From IMG/VR virus record IMGVR_UViG_3300027805_000006: a stretch of 64,000 bases of DNA. One strand, given 5' to 3'. The notes beneath the pieces were generated by a model. The model worked only from the letters and a program-made list of their open reading frames with translations, made no database searches and was not told the DNA's origin. The DNA comes from a virus. Lineage: Duplodnaviria; Caudoviricetes. The translations under genes and the position numbers were made by a program. Position 1 is the stretch's first letter; every line of letters starts with the position of its first letter. Positions 11,501-21,572 of the stretch are shown here, one piece after another.

Positions 11501-12165
11501 CTGTATGGTATGGAAGAAGACTGAGAATGCCAACTCTCGGTGGAGATACTGGGCTCGACTTTATGTGGTCACATTTCTCTCCATTTACTAACATCATTGA
11601 TCCATCTGTGACAAATATTCATGATGTGTATCTGATGACGCGCGGCTACTATGATAATGTCATCAGTTACATTCGTGGTGTAAGTACTACCCCAGCAGTT
11701 GCTCCAACTCCACTTGAACTTCGTTCTTCATATGGTTATCTGTTGAAGAATAAGATGCTGTCAGATACCGTCGTTCTACACCCAGGAAAGATTAGGTTGC
11801 TCTTTGGTAATATGGCAGAGCCACAACTCAGAGCAAAATTCAAAGTTGTTAGAAGTGCAGGTGCTTCTCTGACTAATGAGCGCATCAAGGAAGAAATTCT
11901 AAATGTCATCAATATCTTCTTTGATATTGACAACTGGGATTTTGGAGACACATTCTATGCAACCGAACTTATAACGCTTATCCACCAGAGGCTGCCTGCA
12001 GATATCTCCTCTGTAGTACTTGTACCTGTCTATAGTAGCAATTCTTTCGGCTCGCTCTTCACTGTTCAGAGCGGTCATGATGAAATTCTACAATCTGCTG
12101 CAGAACTTTCTGATATTGAAGTAGTTGAGGCGCTTACACCAACAGTAATTAGACAGTCAAGGTGA
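8563..12165 (+). CDS. gp6: Baseplate wedge protein gp6-like, 1200 aa
   Basis: FTSFDFDTIKQSL..YIESSEFIALLE..ENFITTAQRKQSILRLAKLISY; VIFGDG; QNRMVNGQDY. Confidence 0.85.
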   Translation: MALRTTYSAEQWEKVYQAFSAVNFTSFDFDTIKQSLIDYTKTYYPEQFNSYIESSEFIALLEIFAYICEQLAYRIDMVSHENFITTAQRKQSILRLAKLISYKATRNIAVRGLVKITTVVTTEQVFDSRGVNLSGLTIVWNDPNNSNWKEQFFLVINRILNSRFGEPQKTFQIGDVVMDLYSLKNNADSFPVGVFPFTVNTGTETHPMEFVPADLDENGPFEREPDPIAAMSIIYANDGIGDGSDYTGFLGFVKQGVLSRVDYEIADVLPNRQLDFETGNINHTDVWVQRIDTFDRIIERWKQVDSISEQNLTFNEIRDTRKKFEVDTLENDRIKVIFGDGDFSDIPQGTFRFWVRQSAGRSLVIQKNRLVNQGMNFSYTGSSGNAETCGITFSLTSTLQNGSATESIEHIRRSSPATYYAQNRMVNGQDYNTYMLKDPTILRLKAINRTFAGQPKYIDWNDASGSYENVKLFGDDLTMRYSIGVNSQTTSISGRALIDSIIEPLMNTSGVINMMLHISASDPIMKGVVSSPRRKFIEDNRGGIYFDKNNSFVSLISAVTADGSLKEKTAIQALIDRHYYGEPLETVVLGDGTILGRIPDPDLFPKDDSKIYQQNLPRTIDGVNKFPPGDIGSGLQPIADQDYFGLRYNRYTNGIGNGSIDVTTYNTDWVASNYWMNGEVFTLEVQTDGETISVRSNLRGTFPSATVGEVYYFLPEGQITPVEMFLVTVGTIPFEQGDAFILDTSSAGSLSARTYPSDATQVFNLNGWWQILGFSEMPAYSSGIVDSEYFDQKFTTEETDPTLRQHSWLIFVRKIRQQPTNNVIGYEVHSRELKLVIESLTTKFWFNAVDQLIDNETKKVVFDNVKILRSNLNWNGELLGKNQVYDVVGAVVDSDGITNFNRLEIVPTDLLNEDESGNLIPDRLLQFENFAGTGTGSPSYEYFIVGAPEVLLEGAQLADAIAAFGVAPPGALAVYDSGDTVWYGRRLRMPTLGGDTGLDFMWSHFSPFTNIIDPSVTNIHDVYLMTRGYYDNVISYIRGVSTTPAVAPTPLELRSSYGYLLKNKMLSDTVVLHPGKIRLLFGNMAEPQLRAKFKVVRSAGASLTNERIKEEILNVINIFFDIDNWDFGDTFYATELITLIHQRLPADISSVVLVPVYSSNSFGSLFTVQSGHDEILQSAAELSDIEVVEALTPTVIRQSR

Positions 12166-12172
12166 ATGAATT

Positions 12173-12571
12173 ATGAAACTAACTGAAATTCTTGATGAAA
12201 ATGAATCGGTGTTGGCAGGTATACTTGAGCGTAAATTTGGAAAGGAACCAATTTACGTAGTAGCGCGCTTTCGACGTCCATTTACACTTGGCAGAAAACT
12301 TTATGTTGGTAAATTACGATTCAATGCTGGTGAAAAAATACAAAAGGAAGACATGCGAAAAGATGGAAACTGGCGCTTTATTTTAAAACTAGACAGCCCT
12401 AAAGATGTAGTTTACCCACTTGCAGATTATTTTGACAAACAGTTTATGCTAAAGAAAATGGGTAAAGACAATAAGTTGGTACTAGTTAATAGACAGCAAG
12501 AAGATTATTATCCATATCCAGAAGAACTTGAAGCAGGCTTTGCAAAACTTGAGGCCGCAGAAAAAACATAA
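12173..12571 (+). CDS. Hypothetical protein, 132 aa, possibly head-internal
   Basis: Fills the gap between gp6 and the giant gene; MKLTEILDE-type leader. Confidence 0.6.
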   Translation: MKLTEILDENESVLAGILERKFGKEPIYVVARFRRPFTLGRKLYVGKLRFNAGEKIQKEDMRKDGNWRFILKLDSPKDVVYPLADYFDKQFMLKKMGKDNKLVLVNRQQEDYYPYPEELEAGFAKLEAAEKT

Positions 12572-12613
12572 AGTCTATCCAAAAGTCGCCGCCGAGAAGC
12601 ATCAGTCTTCTGC

Positions 12614-12620
12614 ATAAATA
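12614..12620 (+). promoter_or_regulatory. Late promoter ATAAATA
   Basis: 30 nt upstream of the 2973-aa gene ATG. Confidence 0.7.
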
Positions 12621-12650
12621 TGCTATCAGATAATATTTTCGTGATAGCAA

Positions 12651-15600
12651 ATGGCACAACAACCTGATTACGTTCTACCTTTCAACAATCTGATTCAGTA
12701 TGTTCCCAAGAACCTGAGGAACAGCGTCGTAACGGGATTGTTGGATAATCTGTTCAACCGGTTCATGACTAGAGATGAATCTGTTCCACTATACGGGTAT
12801 ATTGGAAAGAAGCCCAGTGCTGAGGAAGATAAATCTCCAAAAATTACCCAACTTACAGTAGAGCGTGATATCAATGCTATTACGCCAGTTCTCAACTTTA
12901 AGGTTGGCAGTGAGCATATTCCATTTACATTCCAAGACATTCTGAAAAAAGCAGAGCGACTTGGAATTGATGCAAATTCACAAAACTGGCTGTACAGCCA
13001 GGGCAATAACTTTAAGCCACCTGTAGACTTTGACAAGTTTGTAAATTTCTACAAGTACTACTGGATAGGAAAGGCAATTGATGCTATTCCAGAAATGGAA
13101 TGGAATCCTGAACTACTTCCAGAATACTATGTCATTAAAAAGCCAGCACTTACAGATTTAGTAAAACTAAATGTGCGTGTATCGTCTGGACCACTTGATT
13201 CATATGTACTAACTGGCTCAGGATTCTTAGACCAGTCATTTACCGTACAGTTTCTTGACGCATATAACTTTACAATTACTCCTTCTGCAGCGCTACAGGG
13301 ACCAGGAGGTTTATATTCTCCCATTCCTGCTTCCTACAATCTGCCTATACTGCCAACCGGTATTGTTAATCCTGCTGATGATGAGAGACCATTTTCCTAT
13401 CAGGTCACTGGTCCTCAAGGCACCTTTACCCTACTTGAATTTAAAATTACACGTGAGCCAACTTTTGATAGTTTTGGCACACATGATGGCTGGACAAGTT
13501 ATGTTGCAGCAGACACCATAGCAATCGATACTACATTTCTCACTGATGCCTATTCACTAAATTTTTCAGGCTCACTTGGAATAAAGCCAAAAATAAGTGG
13601 AGTTCAAGCACTAGATGTCTTTCAAACAATAGACGGAGTTCAACTTCGTGAAGGTGATAGAGTTTTAATTCAGGCACCAGCGCCCATAAGCGGAATTTAT
13701 ATTGTTTCAAAGCAAGTGTGGACGCGTGCCCCTGACTTTGATACTGATACCTGGTCAATTGGCGCAAGAACATTTACTGAACTAGGTACTCTATATGGCG
13801 GAAAAGTTTGGGAATCATTGGGTGCGCCGAGTGCGTGGGGTTGGATTGACACTGGGCTAACTGAAAGTTTGACCAATGATTGGCAGGAAGGCAACCTTTG
13901 GCTAAAGGGAAGTGAAGTTGATGCCCTTGGAATTCCAAGATCAAATATAATTCAAGCAACACGCCCAATTATTGAATATTACGCAGATGTCCAATTAAAT
14001 TCTCGCGTTGTTGATGGTGTTGCACAAGACAGTGAATTACTAGGAAGCAACTACAAGCAAGAAAAAAGTGAGTTTAATCAACTTCCACTGTTTGACCTTT
14101 TCACATATGATAATCACCATTCAGGTTTAGTCAGTTCAATTTTCTATTATGAAGAAGACCCAACAGCAGAAGTAGATGTGGCACTACAGAGAAGAATAAG
14201 ACGAAGCACCAACGAAAGTGCTGACTTTATATTCAATCATGGCTGTGTAGATAATGACCAACGAATTTTATTTTTCAAACAAGATAACCTTCTAAAAACT
14301 ATTTGGTTAGCAGGTTATAACTCCCCAAGCACAGTTGATGTCACATTTAATGGCAGTGGTGATGGTGCCATCACCACTGTTACACCAAGTGAATTTACAC
14401 AGCAGCAAATTTGGACTTTGACAGCGACTGGACCAACAACGTTTGATATATCTGGCTCAAAGATGGTTGAACTACCAGTGCCATTCAATCAGGTGGTGGT
14501 TGGAATTGCATATGATAATGGAGAAATTTCATTTACCATAAATGCTGGAATTACACCATTTTCGGCTGGTGATACTTTCATTATTAGAATTGCAAATCTT
14601 GAGCGTCCTCGCTATGTTTTCAGAAATGAAGATAGCGTAGTAAATGACTTATTTGGTGGATACGCTGGTGATATTAATGGGATTGGTGCCTGGCAGTCAT
14701 CAAGAACATTTATTAACAACCCATACAATGAATCTCGCGCTGAAATTGCTGAAGGATCAATTTACTCTCACTTCCGAAGTATCCTTGGAAATCAAGTTGA
14801 GGGGCGACCAACAGATTATGCTTTTGGTGGAAATATAAAACTATGGAGTGAGCAGCACACTCTTCTAGCATCTCTATTAATGCAGAAGGACCTTACACCT
14901 GTTTCTGTGATTGACCTTGCCCAGCGCCTATATGATAATGCACTGAATGCTGTCAGAGATATCTACATGCAAAAGATTGTTGAATATTTTTCAACAAATG
15001 AAACTGTTACTAGTGATGGTACGCCTGCAGGAACAGCAAAAGTAGAATCGCTTCTTGAGTATGTCTTACAACTTCGTTCGCTTGATCATCAAGTAAGAAC
15101 AGTAATGTTTGACACAACGGCTGGTGTTTTAGGATTTCCAATTACGCTGCCTTCACTAGGAATTCTAGAGCCAGTTGTTCCAACATACATGTTTGATCCT
15201 GTTCTTGGAAGCACGCTGTTTATTCATCATGATGGACACGCCACGGTACCATTTGTGAATGATGAAACATTTAAACAGCAGATTTTTGGTGCATATGCTG
15301 GTAAAAATATTCTTAGGAGTGATGGTACAGAAACACCTGCCGTAGGTTCATTCTCTGCAACCCCACCTCCCGTTCCTTACAAAGGTGAATTTTGGCTACC
15401 ACCCACAGGTGAAGTTTATTCATTTGCCGTAGATTTTGATACTGAAGCCACACCTGATGCTTCCGTTGCAGGAACAGTTTGGTTTAAGAGAAGCAGTAGC
15501 CAATTGTATATTAGCAATGGCATTACATGGGATTTACAGCCAACGCACATAACATATTGGACCCAAGTTGATCTTGCAGCAACATTAAATGAGATGCTGT

Positions 15601-18600
15601 TGTTAGTAGAACAGCGTCTCTATGGTGATATAAACCAAAATCAACGAAGATACGATTTTTCTGCAATTGTGACAAATCAATCATTTCAAGAACAACTACG
15701 TCGCGAGTTATTCACATTTGCTGCTGTAAATGGTTTAGATCCACTTGGTACAAACTATGATGCTACTGACCCATTTACTTGGAATTATTCTCAATCAATT
15801 GCATTTGCGCCCGTAACAACTCCTACAGTTCCAGCACGTTGGTACAATGCCATGATGGCTCACCAACAGACATTTGTAGGGATTATTCCAACTGAGCGCC
15901 CAAATCTAGAACCTTGGAAACTTTTTGGTTTTTCTACTTTTAGCGCATGGTGGTCATCACTGACACCGCTACAGCAAGTAGCATACACACCTTTTGCCAC
16001 ACCTGATGATTTACTAGATGGTACATTTATAAATGGTGGCTCTGTTCGTGCTGTTGAAACTAATACATCTGCATCTACCACATTATTTGGTCTGACAACT
16101 ATCGATGATGTGGCATTGTCAAGTGGTGATGTTGTTCTACTAACTTCTGAGGTGCTACCACAAAATAATGGTGCCTGGATTGTTTCACCCGGACCTTGGG
16201 CTAGGACTGCCGCCCCATTGGCGTTTAAGACGTTCTTTAATGTTGAGCAGGGCAACTCACAAGCAGGTACAGTTTGGGCGCTGACAGGTACCGTTGCAGC
16301 CGTTGGTACAGATCCAGTCAATATTGCTCAGGTACGGGCATGGAGTACCGAAATGTGGGTAGATATTTTGGCTATTTACCCAACTCTAAGGCTAAGCGTA
16401 AATCCATGGACAGATGCCTTGCTACCACCATATATTAAGCAATGGTTTATTGAGCCAACAATTGCACCAGCAACTCCTGGTGTAACAAATCAAATTGCAT
16501 CTTTTGCACTAACAAATTCTATTCCTCCTGGAGTTGCTGCTCCTTATCAGTTTGGTGAAGGAAGCCCAGTGGAAGAAGTATGGTCACGTTCAATTGACTA
16601 TGGTTATTCTAAAGCAAAAGCGCTATTTAGATTTGACCCACTCGCGTTCCTGGGTTTCTGCTGGGGCTTTAATTGGGTAGAAGTTGATGGCATCCTCTAC
16701 GATGGATATGACCTAAACATGCCACGCCACCAGTACTTCAAGTTGCACGGTGAGCCTCTGAAGAGTATTGATAGGACAACGGCATTTAACTTTACTTCGG
16801 TAACAGGAACTTCTGCAGTTGATCTTACCATTCAATATGATGCATATGACATAAACAGGCGTCAGAACTTCAGCGTGAGAACAGCAGATGGCACAATTAT
16901 TGGATACGTACAAGAAGGGCTTTCTAACATCTTCTCTGCTTCTGGCATAACTATGCTTTCATCCAGTTTCTTTATTGAAGATAAAGGCTATCCATTTAAG
17001 ATGGGTGATAAGGTAAGAGTAACTGCAAATGCCGACGGAACAAATCTTCAGGTGGTATTTACTCCTGCAATCTATCATCAAATTTACGGTTTTGGTCAAA
17101 TTTTTACAAACTCTCTAAGAGAAATTTCCACTGACACAACCACCAGTTATGCAATAAATGCATTTAGAGAATGGGATGTAAACATGGGTCACCGGGCTGG
17201 TGGCTTAATAGCAACTGATGACCTAAAGATTTTTACTGAAACAAGTACTCTTAGCCCAGCGTCTTATTCTTTGTTGTTTAAAAAGAATGACGGCATGAAA
17301 AGCATATGGTTACAGGGCTTAAGAATTACGGTACAGCAATATGGAACCGTTGCAATTCAAAATGGTTTCCAGATGAACTACCCAGCAGGTGATGGTAGTG
17401 ATTGGTCATTTAGAATAGAAGGGTATAATCCAAGATTTTTAGACATCACATACTATACATTCTCACCTACATCTGCTAGACAGACATTCTATGCTCTTGA
17501 CCAGTCTGCAACGAATTTGGCTTGGACGCAACCTCTTGAGAAGAATGCTACTGTTACGACACAACTACCACAGACAATAACTGGCATACAGAATGTTCTT
17601 GACTTCCTATTTGGGTATGCACAATATACTGAAGACCAAGGCTGGGAATTTACGTATATTGATGGAACAAATATAGATGCTGAAACTGGAAGAAATAGAG
17701 ACTGGCAACTTGAATTCGAAAAATTTGTTGATAGAGTGTATAGAGGAATAGACCCAGGACAGGGTGTTATTGTCAATCCATTTATTGATCAAGTACAAGT
17801 TAAACAGTCTTCTGGGCTGCTTGGAACATTTGGGAATGAGGTGTTGTTTGATATCTACAGCCATGCTGCCGTATTTGATATTAACGGAAGTAAGTTAAGT
17901 AAGAATGACGTATTTGTTTCTAGAACAAATCAAAAATCACACATCGATGCAGTATCCCCAATGTTTTCAATACATGCGTTGATTGATGAATTTGAGCATC
18001 TGTTTGTTTTTGAAAACTATGTTGATCCCTCAGAAAGCAATGGGGTGCTATATGACCCATTTTCTGGTGCTCGTACAGTAACATATAAGTTTAATGGTAG
18101 AAAACAAATCGGCGGCACCCTCAGACCTGAGTTTGGTGGTTACTATCTAGTTGGAAATGAAGTTAAGCAGAACCTTCAGGCAAGTACAGATAACCTTGCT
18201 GCGCTATATGATGCAAATGAAGTTTTTGAAAACACAAAAACAACTAAGAATGCGCTTGCTCTTTTAGGCTTCAACACAAAAGACTACTTTACCAGTCTTG
18301 ATATTACTGACCGTTCACAGTTTAATTTCTGGAGAGGGCTGATACAGTCGAAGGGAACCAATATGTCCATCGACGCGTATCTGAACAACAACCGCTTCAA
18401 AGATGCAAAACTTGACGAATATTGGGCTTATAAGATTGCTGAATACGGTGATGCGCGTCAGAAGACCTTCCCTGAACTTCGTGTTCAGGTGCAGGACTGC
18501 CTGCAGCAGTTCACTCAACTCCAGTTTGATGCCGCGGTTGAACTTCCCAACTTTACCCAGATTACACGCTTTGACGAACACCGCTGGTTCACAATTGATG

Positions 18601-21572
18601 ACCTAAATCAAGACACCTTCTTTAAGGCAGAACCAGTTGGTAGTTTCTCCAAAACGGTTACTATGAATGAGATAGTTCAACTACCATTCATTGCAGATGC
18701 CCTAATCATTTCTGGCTCTGTCACACAGCTAAATGCAGCTTCTTTACTTGCGACTGCTAATGGAACGATAACAATTACCGGTTATGGAGCAGCAACACCA
18801 CGCTATAATCCAATAAAATTGTTTAACTATGAAGACGATGAACTAGTTGAAGAAATTCCACTATGGCACCCTGCTACTGGAAAGCACTCACCTGTTGCAC
18901 TAGAATCAGTTAATATTATTAGTTCTGAAAATCCTGCAAAGTACAACTATTCAACACTGCTAATTAATAATCCTGCATACGATGCACTTCGTGCTTGGGG
19001 AGATAAAGAGGTAGGAAGAATTTGGTTTAACACAAAAAATTTGTTCTATGTCCCTTATTATGATTCATTTGTTTTCCCAAATAGAGCAGAAAGACTAAGC
19101 CGCTGGGGAGCACTTGCCGATTATGCAACTATTGATGTTTATGAGTGGGTAAAATCTGCCGTGCCACCATCTGAGTACGATGCTCTTGCACGAATTGACG
19201 CCGGCAATGCAGATATTGATGACACTGTAAAAGCATCTGGGCAAGTTGCGCTTGAGGAACTTTATGCCCGTGATAGAATTTATAAGATTGCACCTGTCGC
19301 TTGGTCATTTTCACCTGTTGCAACTGATGTTGATTGGGGTGATAGACCACCTATGAAGTACAGCGGTGACATTACAAACTCTGTTGGATTAGTTGTAAAC
19401 GGTGAATTCATATTCTTAGACACCGGCTCATTTGCGCAACTGGGTATCATTTCTGGAGATAGAGTTGGCACTTGGCAACATGGAGTTTCTCCTGGACCAT
19501 TATCAGAGGGTGTTATAAATGATACCTTCCAGCAACTACTTCTGGACAGTTCATCTGGAACATCACTTGCACCAATACCAACTACTGTTATTTCAAGCGT
19601 GGGTCCTGATGATTTTACTTGTTCAGTTTCAGTTGAGGCTGTTTCTTACCCAGATACCCGCTTTATTGGAGAGATAGCAGTTACCCAAGAACAAGATGTA
19701 AATCAGTTAACTGATATTGATGGCAATCTAATTGCGCTTTGGGACCACAACTTCTATATTCGCGTGACAGAGGTATCAACTGGCGAATATTCTCGTTTTC
19801 TTGCGTATACAATTAGAATTGCTGGTTCAGGGTCTGGTACCGCTCTTGACCCATTCGTACAGGACCCATTAGTAACTTCAGTGACCAATGGTTCAATTTA
19901 TGACTATACTATAACTGAACTTGGTTTAAGATTTAGGGTGGTGTCATCTACAACTGGTATAGTTGATGGTGATTTTGCGGTAAGAGCAATAGGGCAGGCA
20001 TATGGAACAAACACCCTACTTATTAAAGACGCTGTCACTGTAAATTGGATTATTGCAGCAGAAGATGGTCAATATACAAATGATACCACAGATACACTGT
20101 ACGCATATAACAATGAGATTGGCTGGCGTGTATGGAATGTTCCAACACAGGCTGAATTGAACAGTGATGGTAAACAACCAAGCAGCAGTTGGAAACCATA
20201 TGTTGGAGAGGCAAAGGAGTTCTATCCTACTTTTGATGACCTGCAGGAAGCAGTTGAGTACACAGAAAATCCGCTCACATTAAACGATGGGACAGTAGTA
20301 CCAAGATACCTAAGTGATTGGACAGAGTGGGAAAAACTACAGGATATAAAGGTCTCAAGAATTTCAGCAACAACTGCTGATATGCTATTCAATATTTCTG
20401 AGTTTGATTTTTCACTCACCAAGTTTGATGTTAGCCGCACCGCAGTCTATGTAAATGGAATTGCTCAGTTGAAAGCAGCATATGAAATATCTGGTGGAGA
20501 ACTTACCGTTCTGAATGTGCAGCAAGGGTTCACTGTAGATATAATTATGCGCAAGTATAATCCACCTGCATCTGAACTGGGATTCAATCCAGATGTCGAA
20601 GATGACCTGTCATTCAGGAGACAATACAAGAAGGACTATGAATATGTTGCACAGGAAGTGAGAGATAAGGATGGAAACCTAAACACCATCTACTATTACT
20701 TCTGGGTAAAAAATAAGTCAACAGTTGCAACTGGAAAGAAAATGTCTGTACAGGCCATAACAGACAATTTAAGAACCGGTCCTGTAAACTTCCTTACGTT
20801 CCAGAATATTCTTCCAGCACAGACGGTTCCAACAATTCTGCCTTGGAGATATGATGCTATCACAATTTCTGGTCTGTCTTATGTTGTTACTAAGGATGAT
20901 ACCTTCAAACTCAGATTTACCAGAAACTTTACTCTTAGAGACGACCCAAATGAACTTGACTTGAAGAATACTCACACAGAATGGGGGCTAATTAGACCTG
21001 CCCAGAAGTCAAAGATCCCTGAGAAATTATGGTTGAAGTTAGTTGATAGCATGGCAGGACTAGATGCTGCTTTAAATCCAGTTCCTTCTTTGCGTCGAGT
21101 TCTTTATGATGAAAGAAATGGAACAACTACAAGGTATGGCTTTGGTAATGAGCAAACTCTTGCTCCTTCTAATTTGCTCAGGTCATCAGTTTCTTACACT
21201 ATAGTAAATACTAAACAAACTGAAGAAACAATGACAGAAATAGTGCCTGACTATATTGAATTTATTGATGCGGTGGTTGATATTGCATCAACAGATGAAT
21301 ATGATAACCCGATTGAAAAGCAGGAAGCAAAGAAAACAAAGGCACTTCAGGTTGAGCAAGTATTCTTCTCAACATCTGCCCAGATAAGATCAACAATGAC
21401 TGATATTTGGACATCAGCATCTGTTGCCCAAATTAATGAAATTTTCTTTGCCGCGCTTGAGGACATACTGGCAAGTAACTTTGAACTTACCGATATTTTC
21501 AAGACATCAAGGCTTTCCATTTATTCAATTCAAGAAAAACGCGCCGGAAACGTAGTACCAACATATGAATAA
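12651..21572 (+). CDS. Giant virion structural protein (baseplate/tail-associated), 2973 aa
   Basis: Uninterrupted 8.9-kb ORF after gp6, under a late promoter; shares beta modules with neighbouring structural proteins. Confidence 0.8.
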   Translation: MAQQPDYVLPFNNLIQYVPKNLRNSVVTGLLDNLFNRFMTRDESVPLYGYIGKKPSAEEDKSPKITQLTVERDINAITPVLNFKVGSEHIPFTFQDILKKAERLGIDANSQNWLYSQGNNFKPPVDFDKFVNFYKYYWIGKAIDAIPEMEWNPELLPEYYVIKKPALTDLVKLNVRVSSGPLDSYVLTGSGFLDQSFTVQFLDAYNFTITPSAALQGPGGLYSPIPASYNLPILPTGIVNPADDERPFSYQVTGPQGTFTLLEFKITREPTFDSFGTHDGWTSYVAADTIAIDTTFLTDAYSLNFSGSLGIKPKISGVQALDVFQTIDGVQLREGDRVLIQAPAPISGIYIVSKQVWTRAPDFDTDTWSIGARTFTELGTLYGGKVWESLGAPSAWGWIDTGLTESLTNDWQEGNLWLKGSEVDALGIPRSNIIQATRPIIEYYADVQLNSRVVDGVAQDSELLGSNYKQEKSEFNQLPLFDLFTYDNHHSGLVSSIFYYEEDPTAEVDVALQRRIRRSTNESADFIFNHGCVDNDQRILFFKQDNLLKTIWLAGYNSPSTVDVTFNGSGDGAITTVTPSEFTQQQIWTLTATGPTTFDISGSKMVELPVPFNQVVVGIAYDNGEISFTINAGITPFSAGDTFIIRIANLERPRYVFRNEDSVVNDLFGGYAGDINGIGAWQSSRTFINNPYNESRAEIAEGSIYSHFRSILGNQVEGRPTDYAFGGNIKLWSEQHTLLASLLMQKDLTPVSVIDLAQRLYDNALNAVRDIYMQKIVEYFSTNETVTSDGTPAGTAKVESLLEYVLQLRSLDHQVRTVMFDTTAGVLGFPITLPSLGILEPVVPTYMFDPVLGSTLFIHHDGHATVPFVNDETFKQQIFGAYAGKNILRSDGTETPAVGSFSATPPPVPYKGEFWLPPTGEVYSFAVDFDTEATPDASVAGTVWFKRSSSQLYISNGITWDLQPTHITYWTQVDLAATLNEMLLLVEQRLYGDINQNQRRYDFSAIVTNQSFQEQLRRELFTFAAVNGLDPLGTNYDATDPFTWNYSQSIAFAPVTTPTVPARWYNAMMAHQQTFVGIIPTERPNLEPWKLFGFSTFSAWWSSLTPLQQVAYTPFATPDDLLDGTFINGGSVRAVETNTSASTTLFGLTTIDDVALSSGDVVLLTSEVLPQNNGAWIVSPGPWARTAAPLAFKTFFNVEQGNSQAGTVWALTGTVAAVGTDPVNIAQVRAWSTEMWVDILAIYPTLRLSVNPWTDALLPPYIKQWFIEPTIAPATPGVTNQIASFALTNSIPPGVAAPYQFGEGSPVEEVWSRSIDYGYSKAKALFRFDPLAFLGFCWGFNWVEVDGILYDGYDLNMPRHQYFKLHGEPLKSIDRTTAFNFTSVTGTSAVDLTIQYDAYDINRRQNFSVRTADGTIIGYVQEGLSNIFSASGITMLSSSFFIEDKGYPFKMGDKVRVTANADGTNLQVVFTPAIYHQIYGFGQIFTNSLREISTDTTTSYAINAFREWDVNMGHRAGGLIATDDLKIFTETSTLSPASYSLLFKKNDGMKSIWLQGLRITVQQYGTVAIQNGFQMNYPAGDGSDWSFRIEGYNPRFLDITYYTFSPTSARQTFYALDQSATNLAWTQPLEKNATVTTQLPQTITGIQNVLDFLFGYAQYTEDQGWEFTYIDGTNIDAETGRNRDWQLEFEKFVDRVYRGIDPGQGVIVNPFIDQVQVKQSSGLLGTFGNEVLFDIYSHAAVFDINGSKLSKNDVFVSRTNQKSHIDAVSPMFSIHALIDEFEHLFVFENYVDPSESNGVLYDPFSGARTVTYKFNGRKQIGGTLRPEFGGYYLVGNEVKQNLQASTDNLAALYDANEVFENTKTTKNALALLGFNTKDYFTSLDITDRSQFNFWRGLIQSKGTNMSIDAYLNNNRFKDAKLDEYWAYKIAEYGDARQKTFPELRVQVQDCLQQFTQLQFDAAVELPNFTQITRFDEHRWFTIDDLNQDTFFKAEPVGSFSKTVTMNEIVQLPFIADALIISGSVTQLNAASLLATANGTITITGYGAATPRYNPIKLFNYEDDELVEEIPLWHPATGKHSPVALESVNIISSENPAKYNYSTLLINNPAYDALRAWGDKEVGRIWFNTKNLFYVPYYDSFVFPNRAERLSRWGALADYATIDVYEWVKSAVPPSEYDALARIDAGNADIDDTVKASGQVALEELYARDRIYKIAPVAWSFSPVATDVDWGDRPPMKYSGDITNSVGLVVNGEFIFLDTGSFAQLGIISGDRVGTWQHGVSPGPLSEGVINDTFQQLLLDSSSGTSLAPIPTTVISSVGPDDFTCSVSVEAVSYPDTRFIGEIAVTQEQDVNQLTDIDGNLIALWDHNFYIRVTEVSTGEYSRFLAYTIRIAGSGSGTALDPFVQDPLVTSVTNGSIYDYTITELGLRFRVVSSTTGIVDGDFAVRAIGQAYGTNTLLIKDAVTVNWIIAAEDGQYTNDTTDTLYAYNNEIGWRVWNVPTQAELNSDGKQPSSSWKPYVGEAKEFYPTFDDLQEAVEYTENPLTLNDGTVVPRYLSDWTEWEKLQDIKVSRISATTADMLFNISEFDFSLTKFDVSRTAVYVNGIAQLKAAYEISGGELTVLNVQQGFTVDIIMRKYNPPASELGFNPDVEDDLSFRRQYKKDYEYVAQEVRDKDGNLNTIYYYFWVKNKSTVATGKKMSVQAITDNLRTGPVNFLTFQNILPAQTVPTILPWRYDAITISGLSYVVTKDDTFKLRFTRNFTLRDDPNELDLKNTHTEWGLIRPAQKSKIPEKLWLKLVDSMAGLDAALNPVPSLRRVLYDERNGTTTRYGFGNEQTLAPSNLLRSSVSYTIVNTKQTEETMTEIVPDYIEFIDAVVDIASTDEYDNPIEKQEAKKTKALQVEQVFFSTSAQIRSTMTDIWTSASVAQINEIFFAALEDILASNFELTDIFKTSRLSIYSIQEKRAGNVVPTYE

